From: Eubacteriales bacterium
GTDB lineage: Bacteria; Bacillota; Clostridia; Oscillospirales; RGIG5299
Length of the DNA stretch: 64,000 nucleotides
NCBI GenBank assembly: GCA_045588575.1
Contig: JAZNEJ010000008.1
Span: forward strand, 261,492-325,491
Reading direction: 5' to 3'
In this document: piece by piece, positions 46,626-56,988 of the stretch
Position numbering within the stretch: the first letter of the stretch is position 1
How the letters are laid out: each line of letters opens with the position of its first letter
Program-made: the position numbers and the translations under genes
The notes under the pieces: model-generated
The model's input: the letters and a program-made list of their open reading frames with translations, nothing else
What the model was told of the DNA's origin: nothing
Databases searched by the model: none

Positions 46626-47675
46626 TTGAAAAAAGATAAAGTTAATATTTCAACAGAAGAAATTGCGCCCGTTTCGGAAAAAATCAAAAAGGAACCCAGA
46701 AGAAAACAACCCAGAGGTCAAAGAGACCCCTCCAAATTCACCGTTTGGCTCAAAAGAAAAATAGACCTTGAAAAGAGATTTGCTCTCGAAGGCTATTTCT
46801 TCACTCTTCCTTTAACAATCGGTTTGTTGCTCTTCTTTGCTTTCCCGTTGATTCTTTCAATAGTATTAAGCTTCTCCGACCTTATAAAAATGAGAGGCTT
46901 CGAAATGACCTTCGTCGGTTTCCAAAACTATATCGATACCGTTATAAACGATGTTCGATTCACCGAGGCTTTGGGCCAGATAATGTCGGGAACCTTCGTA
47001 AAAATCCCCTTAATTATTGTTTTCTCGCTTTTACTTGCAATTATAATAAGCAGAAACATAAAATTCAAAGGCTTTTTCCGAGTAGTTTTCTTCCTTCCCT
47101 TCATTTTGGGAACAGGCTACGTTTTGGAACAGCTTTACTCACTCGGCGTTGTATCTCAGGCGCTTTCACTTGATAGCTCCTCACTTATACCGCCATCGGT
47201 AATATCGTATCTCGGCGGCGACTTTACGAAAATGGTTAACGAATTCCTTTCAATAATCGTTTCGGTTTTGTGGTCGTGCAGCGTTCAGATACTTATGTTC
47301 CTTTCAGGCTTGCAGGCAATATCTCCCTCGCTTTACGAGTCCGCAGGTGTTGACGGCGCAACCGAATGGGAAAAATTCTGGAAAATTACCTTGCCTATGA
47401 TAATGCCCATGATGGTTGTTAACATCATTTATTCTATAACCGACTCCTTCGTATCGGTAGATAACGACGTTATACAGCTCATTAAGGATATGACCTTCGG
47501 CGCAGAAAACGCACCCGATAAGGCATCGGCAGTATCGTGGATTTACACTTTAATTGTTCTTATCTTCGTAGGAATAGTATTCCTCTTCCTCGGAAGAAGC
47601 TACGGAAACGACACGACGAAAGGAGTTGATGAACGTGCAATTAGAAAAGCTAAAAAGAAACGCTATAATTGGTAA
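46626..47675 (+). CDS. Carbohydrate ABC transporter permease (second pair, MalF-like) with a basic N-terminal extension
   Basis: 349 aa, TTG start. EAA loop ESAGVDGATEWEKFWKITLPMIMP. Confidence 0.85.
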   Translation: MKKDKVNISTEEIAPVSEKIKKEPRRKQPRGQRDPSKFTVWLKRKIDLEKRFALEGYFFTLPLTIGLLLFFAFPLILSIVLSFSDLIKMRGFEMTFVGFQNYIDTVINDVRFTEALGQIMSGTFVKIPLIIVFSLLLAIIISRNIKFKGFFRVVFFLPFILGTGYVLEQLYSLGVVSQALSLDSSSLIPPSVISYLGGDFTKMVNEFLSIIVSVLWSCSVQILMFLSGLQAISPSLYESAGVDGATEWEKFWKITLPMIMPMMVVNIIYSITDSFVSVDNDVIQLIKDMTFGAENAPDKASAVSWIYTLIVLIFVGIVFLFLGRSYGNDTTKGVDERAIRKAKKKRYNW

Positions 47676-48660
47676 GCTCTTTAAAAGAGAGCCCAAGCAG
47701 AAAAAACCGCGTATGACTTGGGCAGAATTCGTAGCAATGATGAAGCGCAAAGTAAAGCTTCCTCGTTTCTGGGCATCGGTTGCATTGAATGCAGGTATGT
47801 ATATTCTCTTAATCGGCATTGCGTTCATCTTCCTTTATCCCTTCATTTTCATGATTGTAACCTCGCTTAAAACCAATGCAGACCTTTTAGACCCCACTGT
47901 CGGTTGGATTCCGAGAAATTTAAGATTCTCGAACTATTCAATGGCGTTTTCACTTATGAAATTTAAGTCTTATATTTGGAACTCGCTTTTAATCACCGGC
48001 GTCTGCACAATCGGCCACTTAATTTCCTGCACAATGGTCGGCTACGGCCTTGCAAGATATAAGTTCAAATTAAGGGGCCCGCTCTTCTTCTTGGTAATTT
48101 TAAGCATTGTTATCCCGCTTCAAACAATTATGATTCCCAGCTACGTTATGTATATTAACATTGGCTGGTTCGAAACCTTCCTTCCCGTTTTCGTTCCCAC
48201 CTTCCTCGGCCTCGGTTTAAAGGGCGGCCTCTTCATCTTCTTGGCAAGACAGTCGTTCCTCTCACTCCCGAAGGAAATGGAAGAAGCGGCAAGAATCGAC
48301 GGTTGCGGATTCTTGGGAATATTCCTCAGAATAGTAGTGCCTATTGCAAGACCTCTTATCTTGGTTATATTGGTTCTTTCAATCGTATGGCACTGGAACG
48401 ATTTCTACGAGCCCTCGATTTACTTCAAACAATCAATGCAGCCTCTCTCATCGGGCATTAAAACCCTCATAACCCTTTCTTCGAGAACAAGAGAACAGTT
48501 AGAGCTTGAACTCGGAAGACCGGTTACCGACGACGATATAGTAAACACCGCAACTATAATGGCGGGCAGTGCCATGACCTTGGCGCCCCTTATGGTTATG
48601 TTTATGTTCTTGCAAAAGAAATTCGTTCAGGGTATTGAACGCTCGGGTCTTGTTGAATAA
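47635..48660 (+). CDS. Carbohydrate ABC transporter permease (second pair, MalG-like)
   Basis: EAA loop EAARIDGCGFLGIFLRIVVPIARP. The GTG at 47635 lies 9 nt after AAAGGAG. The track start at 47626 and the ATG at 47629 are alternatives. Confidence 0.85.
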   Translation: MQLEKLKRNAIIGKLFKREPKQKKPRMTWAEFVAMMKRKVKLPRFWASVALNAGMYILLIGIAFIFLYPFIFMIVTSLKTNADLLDPTVGWIPRNLRFSNYSMAFSLMKFKSYIWNSLLITGVCTIGHLISCTMVGYGLARYKFKLRGPLFFLVILSIVIPLQTIMIPSYVMYINIGWFETFLPVFVPTFLGLGLKGGLFIFLARQSFLSLPKEMEEAARIDGCGFLGIFLRIVVPIARPLILVILVLSIVWHWNDFYEPSIYFKQSMQPLSSGIKTLITLSSRTREQLELELGRPVTDDDIVNTATIMAGSAMTLAPLMVMFMFLQKKFVQGIERSGLVE

Positions 48661-48720
48661 TATCATTGCTTTACAGTGCCGATTTTTCGGCACTGTAAAG
48701 AGCATATAGGAGAGATTAAA

Positions 48721-49494
48721 ATGATTATTGATATGCATACTCACTTATGCGAAAGCAACGGCTTTTTGTGCTTCGATTTAGACCATTTGAATTTCTTGAA
48801 GAGAATGGACGAGCTTAATATAAATGCCGTTATTCATTCCGACGGCGGATTGGAACGTCCCGAATTTGAGAAAAACGTTAAAGACGGCATTGAGCTTTAC
48901 GAAAAAATGAATCACAGAGTATATACTTATTTCGTTTACGACCCCAGATATCACGAAAGAGGTATGAAATGTATTGAGGAAAATGCAAACCATCCCGCAT
49001 TCGTGGGAATTAAAATTCATCCCAGCTGTCATAACGTTTTTGCAGACGATGAAGCTTACCGTCCCGTTTGGGAAGCGGCAAAGAAATATAATTTCCCCAT
49101 TCTTGCGCACACTTGGGTTAATTCCTCATATAATCCCAACCAAAAGTTTGCAGTTCCCGAGCGCTTTGAAAAATTCATTAAGGAATATCCCGAGGTAAAA
49201 TTTATTTTCGGACATTCCGGCGGAAGAACAGCCGCAATAAGAACCGCCGCTGAGCTTGCAGCCAAATATGAAAACGCATATCTCGATATTGCGGGCGACG
49301 TATTTGAAGCAAGAGCTGTTGAATATCTTGCAAAAACAGCAGGCGCAAAAAAGGTTCTTTTCGGAAGCGACGTTTATTGGTTCGACCCCTCAACTCAGAT
49401 AGGGCTTGTTTTGGGCGCAAATCTTTCCGATGAAGAAAAAGCCGATATTCTTAAAGGCAACACCTTGAGAATTTTCAAAAAAATAAAGCTTTAA
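48721..49494 (+). CDS. TIM-barrel metal-dependent amidohydrolase family protein
   Basis: MIIDMHTHL (HxH metal motif) at the N-terminus, with later His residues (IHPSCH, GHSGG) and Asp (GSDVYW). The ATG at 48721 follows AGGAGAG. Confidence 0.8.
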   Translation: MIIDMHTHLCESNGFLCFDLDHLNFLKRMDELNINAVIHSDGGLERPEFEKNVKDGIELYEKMNHRVYTYFVYDPRYHERGMKCIEENANHPAFVGIKIHPSCHNVFADDEAYRPVWEAAKKYNFPILAHTWVNSSYNPNQKFAVPERFEKFIKEYPEVKFIFGHSGGRTAAIRTAAELAAKYENAYLDIAGDVFEARAVEYLAKTAGAKKVLFGSDVYWFDPSTQIGLVLGANLSDEEKADILKGNTLRIFKKIKL

Positions 49495-49506
49495 TGAAAT
49501 AAACTT

Positions 49507-49548
49507 ATATCCTCGAGCGCATTTGCCGCTTGGGGATATTTTTTGTTT
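49507..49548 (+). terminator. Rho-independent terminator of the ABC locus
   Basis: Long hairpin ATATCC..CGAGCG-loop-CGCTTG..GGATAT followed by TTTTTTGTTTT. Confidence 0.7.
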
Positions 49549-49604
49549 TAAAGGAATTTTTTTAAAAAAATACGAAAAAATTTAAAAAAATAATAAAAAA
49601 ACAC

Positions 49605-49633
49605 TTGCAATTTATATTTTTTTATTGTATAAT
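49605..49633 (+). promoter_or_regulatory. Promoter of the S10 operon with an upstream A/T-rich UP-like region
   Basis: TTGCAA (49605-49610), a 17-nt spacer, then TATAAT (49628-49633), preceded by long A-tracts at 49556-49600. Confidence 0.65.
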
Positions 49634-49639
49634 ACTACG

Positions 49640-49945
49640 GCATGACTGAATAATGCGATGATGCGGGAGGTTGCCGCAAAGGGTTACTGCACCTTTTCGG
49701 GTTTTTCCGCGGAGTATGTCCGATGCATGACGTCGGGCGGCAGGCAATTTGTACACAGATTAAAAACGGGCCATCTTTGAGCCTTGTCTTTTAATTGATG
49801 TGGTGTGTTATTCCGATTTTTTTCATAATGTAAAAAAGTCGGATTTATTGTGTAAACACAAAAAACGCACGGAGCGATGTGTAGCGTAAGCGCTTGCGAA
49901 TAGGTCAATAAAAAATCTCAAAAGAGAATTTTAGGAGGCGTAAAA
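49640..49945 (+). promoter_or_regulatory. ~300-nt structured leader of the S10 operon with two terminator-like hairpins
   Basis: Hairpin 1: CCGCAAAGG-N9-CCTTTTCGG then GTTTTT (49674-49706). Hairpin 2: TCCGATTTTTTT-N8-AAAAAAGTCGGA then TTTATT (49812-49849). Confidence 0.5.
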
Positions 49946-50257
49946 ATGGCAGTAAAAGAAAAGATTCGTATCAGACTCAAATCCTACGACCACACTCTCA
50001 TCGACCAAGCTGCAGAGAAAATCGTAGAAACGGCAAAGAGAACGGGTGCAAAGGTTTCCGGACCTATTCCGCTCCCCACTAAAAAAGAAGTCATAACAAT
50101 CTTAAGAGCAGTTCACAAGTATAAGGACAGCAGAGAGCAGTTCGAATGCAGAACTCACAAGAGACTTATCGACATCGTTAAGCCGTCGGCAAAAACCGTT
50201 GAGGCACTCACAAATCTTGAATTGCCCGCCGGTGTTGAAATCGAGTTAAAGCTCTGA
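49946..50257 (+). CDS. rpsJ: 30S ribosomal protein S10 (uS10)
   Basis: 103 aa. [19 protein letters not shown] is canonical S10. It is the first gene of the cluster. Confidence 0.97.
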   Translation: MAVKEKIRIRLKSYDHTLIDQAAEKIVETAKRTGAKVSGPIPLPTKKEVITILRAVHKYKDSREQFECRTHKRLIDIVKPSAKTVEALTNLELPAGVEIELKL

Positions 50258-50364
50258 TTTCTTTTATATAATAAAAACATTATATTACACCGAGGCAGAA
50301 AATCCCACAGCAATGTGGTCACGTTGGCGAAGGCCAACCAATAACTACAAGGAGGAAACAAAAA

Positions 50365-50985
50365 ATGGTCAAAGCAATCATCGGAAGAAAAATCGGTATG
50401 ACTCAGATTTTCACCGAAGAAGGCAACGTAGTTCCTGTAACTCTCATTGAAGCAGGTCCTTGCGTTGTAGCGGGAAAGAAAACCGCAGAAAAAGACGGTT
50501 ATGACGCCGTTATTCTCGGCTACAAAGATTTAAGCGAGAAGAAAGTCATAAAACCCGCAAAGGGAGCCTTCGATAAAATGAAGGTTGCATACAAAAAGTA
50601 TCTTAAAGAGTTCAAGCTCGCAAACGGCGCAGAAATGAACGTAGGCGACGTTGTTGAAGCAGGAATCTTCGCCGCAGGCGACGTTATCGACGTAACCGGC
50701 ACCTCAAAGGGTAAGGGTTACAGCGGCACGATAAAGAGATGGGGCACTCACAGAGGTCCCAGCGCTCACGGTTCCGGTTATCACAGAGGTCAGGGCTCTA
50801 TGGGCGCTAACTCCGACCCTTCAAGAGTATTCAAAGGCAAGGTTATGCCCGGTCAGCTCGGTAACGAGAAGGTAACCGTTAAGAACTTGAAAATCGTTAA
50901 AATCGACACTCAGGCAAACATCATAGCCGTTAAAGGTGCAGTTCCCGGCGCAAGAAACAGCATCGTAACGGTTAAGATGAACTAA
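50365..50985 (+). CDS. rplC: 50S ribosomal protein L3 (uL3)
   Basis: 206 aa. The GRKIGMTQIF.. N-terminus and cluster order. Confidence 0.97.
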   Translation: MVKAIIGRKIGMTQIFTEEGNVVPVTLIEAGPCVVAGKKTAEKDGYDAVILGYKDLSEKKVIKPAKGAFDKMKVAYKKYLKEFKLANGAEMNVGDVVEAGIFAAGDVIDVTGTSKGKGYSGTIKRWGTHRGPSAHGSGYHRGQGSMGANSDPSRVFKGKVMPGQLGNEKVTVKNLKIVKIDTQANIIAVKGAVPGARNSIVTVKMN

Positions 50986-51004
50986 GCGGAAGGAGGACCA
51001 GATT

Positions 51005-51628
51005 ATGCCTAACACAAAATTATTAAACATGAAAGGCGAAGTTGTTGGCGAGATTGCTCTTTCCGATAACCTTTTCGCAGCCGAAGTTAACAAATCGGCA
51101 CTCCACAGCGTTGTAACTTGCTATCTTGCAAATCAGCGTCAGGGCACACAGTCGGCTCTCACCAGAAGCGAGGTTTCCGGCGGTGGCAGAAAGCCTTGGA
51201 GACAAAAGGGCACAGGCCGTGCAAGACAGGGCTCTATCAGATCGCCCCAGTGGACACACGGTGGAATCGTATTCGCTCCCAAGCCCAGAGATTACGGTTT
51301 CAAAATTAACAGAAAAGTAAAGGTTGCGGCACTCAAATCCGCATTAACCGAAAAAGTAACAGGCAACAGCATCTACGTTATCGACAGCATCGCAGTAGCC
51401 GAATACAAAACCAAGACCATCGTTGAGATGCTCAAAAATCTCGGCATCGAAGGCAAGGCTTTAATCGTAACTGCAGCAGCTGACGAAAAGGTAGTAGGCA
51501 GTGCAAGAAACATCGAAGGCGTAAAAACCAGCACCGCAACTTCAATCAACACCTACGAAGTTATGAACCACACCGCACTCGTCATCTCCAAAGATGCAGT
51601 AGCCAAACTCGAGGAGGTATACGCATAA
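51005..51628 (+). CDS. rplD: 50S ribosomal protein L4 (uL4)
   Basis: 207 aa. Motif [25 protein letters not shown]. Confidence 0.97.
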   Translation: MPNTKLLNMKGEVVGEIALSDNLFAAEVNKSALHSVVTCYLANQRQGTQSALTRSEVSGGGRKPWRQKGTGRARQGSIRSPQWTHGGIVFAPKPRDYGFKINRKVKVAALKSALTEKVTGNSIYVIDSIAVAEYKTKTIVEMLKNLGIEGKALIVTAAADEKVVGSARNIEGVKTSTATSINTYEVMNHTALVISKDAVAKLEEVYA

Positions 51629-51918
51629 TGGAAGCGAGAGATATAATCATCCGTCCTATAATCACTGAAAAGAGCATGGGAATTATTGCGGATAAGAAAT
51701 ATACCTTTGAAGTAAACAAAAACGCAGACAAAACCATGATTAAAAGCGCAGTTGAAGAAATCTTCGACGTAAAGGTTAAAAAGGTCAATACCTTAAATAA
51801 GCGCGGCAAGAACAAAAGACAGGGTATGAACGTCGGCAGAACCAAGAGCTGGAAGAAAGCCGTTGTTACTCTTACCGCCGATTCAAAGACCATTGCGTTC
51901 TTTGACAGCTTGATGTAA
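51628..51918 (+). CDS. rplW: 50S ribosomal protein L23 (uL23)
   Basis: 96 aa. [10 protein letters not shown].. and cluster order. Confidence 0.96.
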   Translation: MEARDIIIRPIITEKSMGIIADKKYTFEVNKNADKTMIKSAVEEIFDVKVKKVNTLNKRGKNKRQGMNVGRTKSWKKAVVTLTADSKTIAFFDSLM

Positions 51919-51932
51919 AGGAGTGCACGAAA

Positions 51933-52766
51933 ATGCCTATTAAAGCATATAAACCCACTACTCCGGGCAGAAGAATAATGCAGTCCCTCACTTACGAGGA
52001 GATTACCACAAACAAGCCCGAAAAAAGCCTTTTGGCTGTTAAGAAAAAGCATTCGGGAAGAAACAGCTACGGCAGAATAACCGTTCGTCATAAGGGCGGC
52101 GGCAACAGACAGAAATACAGAATTATCGACTTCAAGAGAAGAAAGCTCGATATGTTCGCAACCGTACTCACCATTGAATACGACCCCAACAGAAGCGCAA
52201 ACATTTGTCTTATTCAGTATGAAGACGGCGAAAAAGCATACATTCTTTGTCCCTCCGGCTTAAAGGTTGGCGACAAGGTTATAAGCAGCGAAAATGCAGA
52301 CATTAAGCCCGGCAACTGCTTGCCCATCTCTGCAATCCCGCTCGGTACTCTCATTCACAACATCGAATTAAATCCCGGCGCAGGCGCAATCCTCGTTCGC
52401 TCGGCAGGTATGTCTGCTCAGCTTATGGCTAAGGAAGGCAAATACGCTCAGGTAAGACTTCCCTCCGGTGAAGTAAGACTTGTTAGAATGGAATGCAAAG
52501 CAACAATCGGCGTAGTTGGAAACGAAGACCACGAAAACGTTGCTTTCGGTAAAGCAGGTAAAGTTCGTCACATGGGCATTCGTCCCACCGTCAGAGGTTC
52601 CGTTATGAACCCGAACGACCACCCGCACGGTGGTGGTGAAGGTAAATCACCCATCGGTAGACCCGGACCTGTTACACCTTGGGGCAAACCCGCTCTTGGT
52701 TACAAGACTCGTTCCAAGAAAGCAAAGTCCAACAAGTTCATCGTTAAGAGAAGAAACGGCAGATAA
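51933..52766 (+). CDS. rplB: 50S ribosomal protein L2 (uL2)
   Basis: 277 aa. Motifs [15 protein letters not shown] and [13 protein letters not shown]. Confidence 0.98.
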   Translation: MPIKAYKPTTPGRRIMQSLTYEEITTNKPEKSLLAVKKKHSGRNSYGRITVRHKGGGNRQKYRIIDFKRRKLDMFATVLTIEYDPNRSANICLIQYEDGEKAYILCPSGLKVGDKVISSENADIKPGNCLPISAIPLGTLIHNIELNPGAGAILVRSAGMSAQLMAKEGKYAQVRLPSGEVRLVRMECKATIGVVGNEDHENVAFGKAGKVRHMGIRPTVRGSVMNPNDHPHGGGEGKSPIGRPGPVTPWGKPALGYKTRSKKAKSNKFIVKRRNGR

Positions 52767-52786
52767 GCTGAGAAGGAGGAATACAG

Positions 52787-53068
52787 ATGAGCAGAAGCAT
52801 AAAAAAAGGCCCTTTTGTTGCAGAGTCGCTTTTCAAGAAAGTAGACGAAATGAACAAGAACGGCGAAAAAAGAGTTATCAAAACCTGGTCAAGAGCATCA
52901 ACGATATTCCCCGACTTTGTCGGCCATACCTTTGCTGTTCATGATGGCAGAAAACATGTTCCGGTATATGTAACCGAAGACATGGTTGGTCATAAGTTAG
53001 GCGAATTCGCACCCACTCGCACCTTCAAAGGTCATGCGGGCAATAAAGCAACCACCGGCAAGAAATAA
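52787..53068 (+). CDS. rpsS: 30S ribosomal protein S19 (uS19)
   Basis: 93 aa. [27 protein letters not shown]. Confidence 0.97.
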   Translation: MSRSIKKGPFVAESLFKKVDEMNKNGEKRVIKTWSRASTIFPDFVGHTFAVHDGRKHVPVYVTEDMVGHKLGEFAPTRTFKGHAGNKATTGKK

Positions 53069-53080
53069 GGAGGAAGCGAA

Positions 53081-53413
53081 ATGGAAGCAATAGCTATACT
53101 CAGATATGCACGAATTTCTCCCCGCAAGGTTAAAATCGTGATGGATCTGATAAGAGGAAAAAATATAAATGAAGCAATCGCAATCGTAAAGAACGTTTCA
53201 AAAGCAGCTTGTCCTCTTCTTGAGAAACTTCTCAAATCTGCAGCAGCAAACGCAGCAGTTAAAGAAATGGACGGCACTAAGCTTTACGTTGCAGAATGCA
53301 GCGTCTGCCCCGGCCCCACTCTTAAGAGAATTATGCCGAGAGCAAAAGGCAGCGCCAACAGAATCCTTAAGAGAACTTCTCACTTAACCGTAGTTCTCAA
53401 GGAAAGAGATTAA
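53081..53413 (+). CDS. rplV: 50S ribosomal protein L22 (uL22)
   Basis: 110 aa. [33 protein letters not shown]. Confidence 0.97.
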   Translation: MEAIAILRYARISPRKVKIVMDLIRGKNINEAIAIVKNVSKAACPLLEKLLKSAAANAAVKEMDGTKLYVAECSVCPGPTLKRIMPRAKGSANRILKRTSHLTVVLKERD

Positions 53414-53429
53414 GGGTAGGAGGCACAAT

Positions 53430-54110
53430 ATGGGACATAAAGTTAATCCTCACGGTCTTCGTGTCGGCGTTATCAAAGACTGGAATTCAAGATGGTTCGT
53501 TGAGAACAAAGATTTCGCAGCAAACATCGGCGAAGACTATAAAATAAGAAAATATCTCAAATCTGCCCTTTATGCAGCAGGTGTTCCGAAGATTGATATC
53601 GAAAGAAGCAACACCAAGATTAAAATCACGGTTTTCTGCGCAAAGCCCGGTATTTTAATCGGCAAAGGCGGCACAGAGATTGAAAAAACCAGAAAAGCAG
53701 TTGAAGAGTTAATCGGCAAGCCCGTATTACTCAACTGCGTTGAAATCAAGCAAAATCAGGTAGACCTTTCTGCACAGCTCGTTGCAGAAAACATAGCTGC
53801 TCAGCTTGAAAAGAGAGTTTCTTTCAGAAGAGCACTCAAACAGTCAATTCAGAGAACAATGAGAGCCGGCGCAAAGGGTATTAAAACTCAGGTAAGCGGC
53901 AGACTCGGCGGTGCTGAAATTGCAAGAACCGAGCGCTACTACGAAGGAACCGTACCGTTACAGACTTTAAGAGCAGATATCGACTACGGCTTTGCCGAAG
54001 CAGCAACCACCTACGGCAGAATCGGTGTTAAAATCTGGATTTATAAAGGTGAAGTTTTACCCGCAAGCAAGAAATCTCCCAAGCTTGCAAAGGAAGGAGC
54101 TGTTCGCTGA
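53430..54110 (+). CDS. rpsC: 30S ribosomal protein S3 (uS3)
   Basis: 226 aa. [22 protein letters not shown]. Confidence 0.98.
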   Translation: MGHKVNPHGLRVGVIKDWNSRWFVENKDFAANIGEDYKIRKYLKSALYAAGVPKIDIERSNTKIKITVFCAKPGILIGKGGTEIEKTRKAVEELIGKPVLLNCVEIKQNQVDLSAQLVAENIAAQLEKRVSFRRALKQSIQRTMRAGAKGIKTQVSGRLGGAEIARTERYYEGTVPLQTLRADIDYGFAEAATTYGRIGVKIWIYKGEVLPASKKSPKLAKEGAVR

Positions 54111-54538
54111 TGTTAATGCCCAAAAGAGTTAAACACAGAAAAGTGCAGAGAGGCCGTTTAACCGGTACTGCACAGCGCGGAAACACCATTTCACAGGGCG
54201 AATTCGGTCTTGTAGCTCTTGAAGGTTCATGGATAACCGCAAATCAGATAGAAGCAGCCCGTATAGCACTTACGAGATACATTAAAAGAGGAGGCCGTAT
54301 TTGGATAAAGGTATTCCCCGATAAACCCGTAACCAAGAAGCCCGCTGAAACTCGAATGGGTTCAGGTAAAGGCTCACCCGAATACTGGGTAGCAGTAGTT
54401 AAGCCCAACAGAGTTCTCTTCGAGATGGCAGACGTAACCGAAGAGCAGGCAAGAGAAGCATTCCGCCTTGCATCTTACAAATTGCCCATCAAATGTAAGT
54501 TCGTCAAGAGAGAAGACATTGACGGAGGTAAAGCATAA
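54110..54538 (+). CDS. rplP: 50S ribosomal protein L16 (uL16)
   Basis: 142 aa. [27 protein letters not shown]. Confidence 0.98.
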   Translation: MLMPKRVKHRKVQRGRLTGTAQRGNTISQGEFGLVALEGSWITANQIEAARIALTRYIKRGGRIWIKVFPDKPVTKKPAETRMGSGKGSPEYWVAVVKPNRVLFEMADVTEEQAREAFRLASYKLPIKCKFVKREDIDGGKA

Positions 54539-54738
54539 TGAAAGCCAATGAATTCAGAGAAATGAGCGTTGCCGATCTTCAGAAGAAGATTGCAGCACTT
54601 AAAGAAGAGCTGTTCAACCTTCGCTTCCAGCACGCAACAAACCAGCTTGAGAATGCGAATAAGCTTGTAAGCGTGAGAAGAGATATCGCACGTGCCAAGA
54701 CGATTCTTCAGGAAAAGGAGACTTCCGAGAAGGCATAA
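54538..54738 (+). CDS. rpmC: 50S ribosomal protein L29 (uL29)
   Basis: 66 aa. [16 protein letters not shown]. Confidence 0.95.
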   Translation: MKANEFREMSVADLQKKIAALKEELFNLRFQHATNQLENANKLVSVRRDIARAKTILQEKETSEKA

Positions 54739-54766
54739 GCCCTATCCGGAAGAAAGGAGAACAGTT

Positions 54767-55024
54767 ATGGAAAGAACATCATTAAGAAGAACCCTTATCG
54801 GCAAAGTTGTTAGCGATAAGATGGATAAAACCATTGTTGTTGCAGTTGAGGACGTTACCAGACATCCTCTCTTCAAGAAAACAATGAAAACAACATATAA
54901 ATTAAAAGCACACGACGAAAACAACGAATGCAAAATCGGCGACAAGGTAGAGGTTATGGAAACCCGTCCCCTCTCCAAAGACAAGAGATGGCGCTTAGTT
55001 CGCATCGTCGAGAGTGCAAAATAA
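54767..55024 (+). CDS. rpsQ: 30S ribosomal protein S17 (uS17)
   Basis: 85 aa from the ATG at 54767 ([25 protein letters not shown]), which follows AAAGGAGA. The track start at 54692 overlaps rpmC. Confidence 0.95.
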   Translation: MERTSLRRTLIGKVVSDKMDKTIVVAVEDVTRHPLFKKTMKTTYKLKAHDENNECKIGDKVEVMETRPLSKDKRWRLVRIVESAK

Positions 55025-55051
55025 GCCAACGAGGAACAGGAGGAAATAACC

Positions 55052-55420
55052 GTGGTACAGCAGCAGACATTACTTAAAGTTGCAGATAACACCGGCGCTA
55101 AGGAGCTCATGTGCATTAAAGTCCTCGGTGGCACCCGTAGGAGATATGCAGGCATCGGCGACATCATCGTCGCTTCGGTAAAGAAGGCAGCTCCCGGCGG
55201 CACCGTCAAAAAAGGCGACGTTGTTAAAGCAGTTGTGGTACGTACCGTCCACACAATAAAAAGAGCCGACGGCTCACACATCAGATTTGACGATAACGCA
55301 GCAGTTATCATCAAAGAAGACAAAAACCCCAGAGGTACCCGTATCTTTGGTCCGGTAGCAAGAGAACTCCGTGAGCATGAATTCACCAAAATCATGTCTC
55401 TCGCACCGGAAGTTATATAA
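55052..55420 (+). CDS. rplN: 50S ribosomal protein L14 (uL14)
   Basis: 122 aa, GTG start. [26 protein letters not shown]. Confidence 0.98.
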   Translation: MVQQQTLLKVADNTGAKELMCIKVLGGTRRRYAGIGDIIVASVKKAAPGGTVKKGDVVKAVVVRTVHTIKRADGSHIRFDDNAAVIIKEDKNPRGTRIFGPVARELREHEFTKIMSLAPEVI

Positions 55421-55434
55421 GGAGGTCGTGAGAA

Positions 55435-55803
55435 ATGAATATTAAAAAAGGCGATACAGTTGTCGTTATCTCCGGCTCACAGGTGGCTTTGGATAAAAAA
55501 GACGCCAAGAAAACAGCAGAAGGCAAGAGAAGCGTTGTTGAAACCGTTCTCAAGAAGAGAAAGGTTTTAGAAGTTTCACCCTCTGAGGGCAAGCTCATCA
55601 TCGAGGGCGCAAACATCAAAACAAAGCACGTTAAGCCTCGCAAGCAGGGCGAAGCAGGCGGCATTCTCAAAACCGAGGGTGCAATTTACGCATCTAAAGT
55701 TATGTTGGTTTGCCCCAAATGCAACCAGCCCACAAGAGTAGGCAATGCAACAGTAGACAATAAGACTGTCAGAGTCTGCAAGAAATGTAAGGCAACTTTC
55801 TAA
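55435..55803 (+). CDS. rplX: 50S ribosomal protein L24 (uL24), long form with an insertion and a Cys4 C-terminus
   Basis: 122 aa. KOW start IKKGDTVVVISG. C-terminus CPKCNQ..VCKKCK. Confidence 0.93.
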   Translation: MNIKKGDTVVVISGSQVALDKKDAKKTAEGKRSVVETVLKKRKVLEVSPSEGKLIIEGANIKTKHVKPRKQGEAGGILKTEGAIYASKVMLVCPKCNQPTRVGNATVDNKTVRVCKKCKATF

Positions 55804-55815
55804 GGAGGAAGCAAG

Positions 55816-56355
55816 ATGTCAAGACTTAAAGAATTATATACGTCGGAAGTTGCTCCCGCTTTAATGAAGAAATTCTCTTACAAAAGCGTAATGCAGATTC
55901 CGAAAATCGAAAAAGTAGTTATTAACGTTGGATGCGGCGAAGCAAGAGAAAACGAAAAAATTCTCGAAAACGTCAGAACCGACTTAAAAACAATCACCGG
56001 TCAGTATCCCGTAATCACCAAAGCAAGAAAGTCCGTTGCGAACTTCAAACTTCGTCAGGGCATGAACATTGGTGTTAAAGTAACCTTACGCGGCGAGAAC
56101 ATGTATGAGTTCTTAAACAAACTCTTCTCAGTTTCCTTACCCCGTGTAAGAGACTTTAAGGGTATTAACCCCAACGCATTTGACGGCAGAGGCAACTATG
56201 CACTCGGCATCAAAGAACAGTTAATATTCCCCGAAATTGAATTCGATAAAATTGATAAAATTCGCGGAATGGACATTGTCATTACCACAACAGCAAAAAA
56301 TGACGAAGAGGCAAGAGAGCTTTTAACCCTTATGGGCGCTCCCTTTGCAAAGTAA
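55816..56355 (+). CDS. rplE: 50S ribosomal protein L5 (uL5)
   Basis: 179 aa. [24 protein letters not shown]. Confidence 0.98.
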   Translation: MSRLKELYTSEVAPALMKKFSYKSVMQIPKIEKVVINVGCGEARENEKILENVRTDLKTITGQYPVITKARKSVANFKLRQGMNIGVKVTLRGENMYEFLNKLFSVSLPRVRDFKGINPNAFDGRGNYALGIKEQLIFPEIEFDKIDKIRGMDIVITTTAKNDEEARELLTLMGAPFAK

Positions 56356-56367
56356 GGAGGAATTTGA

Positions 56368-56553
56368 ATGGCTAAAACAGCACTTAAAAACAAACAGCAA
56401 GCAGCCCAGAAATTCTCCACCAGGGAATATAACAGATGCCAGATTTGCGGCAGACCGCACGCATATCTCAGAAAATACGGTATTTGTCGTATTTGCTTCC
56501 GTAATCTTGCATACAAAGGCGAGATTCCGGGCGTCAAAAAGGCAAGCTGGTAA
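56368..56553 (+). CDS. rpsN: 30S ribosomal protein S14 type Z (zinc-binding short form)
   Basis: 61 aa. [22 protein letters not shown]. Confidence 0.96.
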   Translation: MAKTALKNKQQAAQKFSTREYNRCQICGRPHAYLRKYGICRICFRNLAYKGEIPGVKKASW

Positions 56554-56568
56554 CGGAAAGGTAGGTAT

Positions 56569-56973
56569 GTGAATATGTACTGCACAGATCCCATAGCCGA
56601 TATGCTTACAAGAATCAGAAATGCAAACGCAGCAAAGCATGAGAAGGTTGAAGTTCCGGCCTCTAACATGAAAAAAGCCATTGCAGAGATTTTAAAGAAC
56701 GAAGGCTATATTAAAAACTACACAGTAACAGAAGACAATAAGCAGGGTGTTATCACCATAGAACTCAAATACGGCGCAAACAAAGAGAGAGCCATCACCG
56801 GCCTCAAAAGAGTTTCCAAACCCGGTTTGAGAATCTACGCAAACTGCGAAAATATGCCCAAAGTTATGAGAGGCCTCGGCGTTGCCCTCGTCTCCACCTC
56901 TAAGGGTATTATGACAGACAAAGCGGCAAGAAAAGAAAATGTCGGCGGCGAAGTGCTGGCATTCATTTGGTAA
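56569..56973 (+). CDS. rpsH: 30S ribosomal protein S8 (uS8)
   Basis: [14 protein letters not shown].. The start is either the GTG at 56569 or the ATG at 56575. Confidence 0.95.
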   Translation: MNMYCTDPIADMLTRIRNANAAKHEKVEVPASNMKKAIAEILKNEGYIKNYTVTEDNKQGVITIELKYGANKERAITGLKRVSKPGLRIYANCENMPKVMRGLGVALVSTSKGIMTDKAARKENVGGEVLAFIW

Positions 56974-56988
56974 CGGAGGTAAGTTAAG

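Noticed and set aside
54742-55395. 217-aa minus-strand ORF antisense to rpsQ and rplN. Similar long antisense ORFs occur at 8226-8693, 20592-21065, 21273-21818, 36683-37426, 51582-52091, 56196-56681 and 58960-59451.
   Set aside because: All lie wholly inside strongly supported genes on the other strand, have low-complexity or hydrophobic composition, and lack SD sequences. They are typical shadow ORFs.
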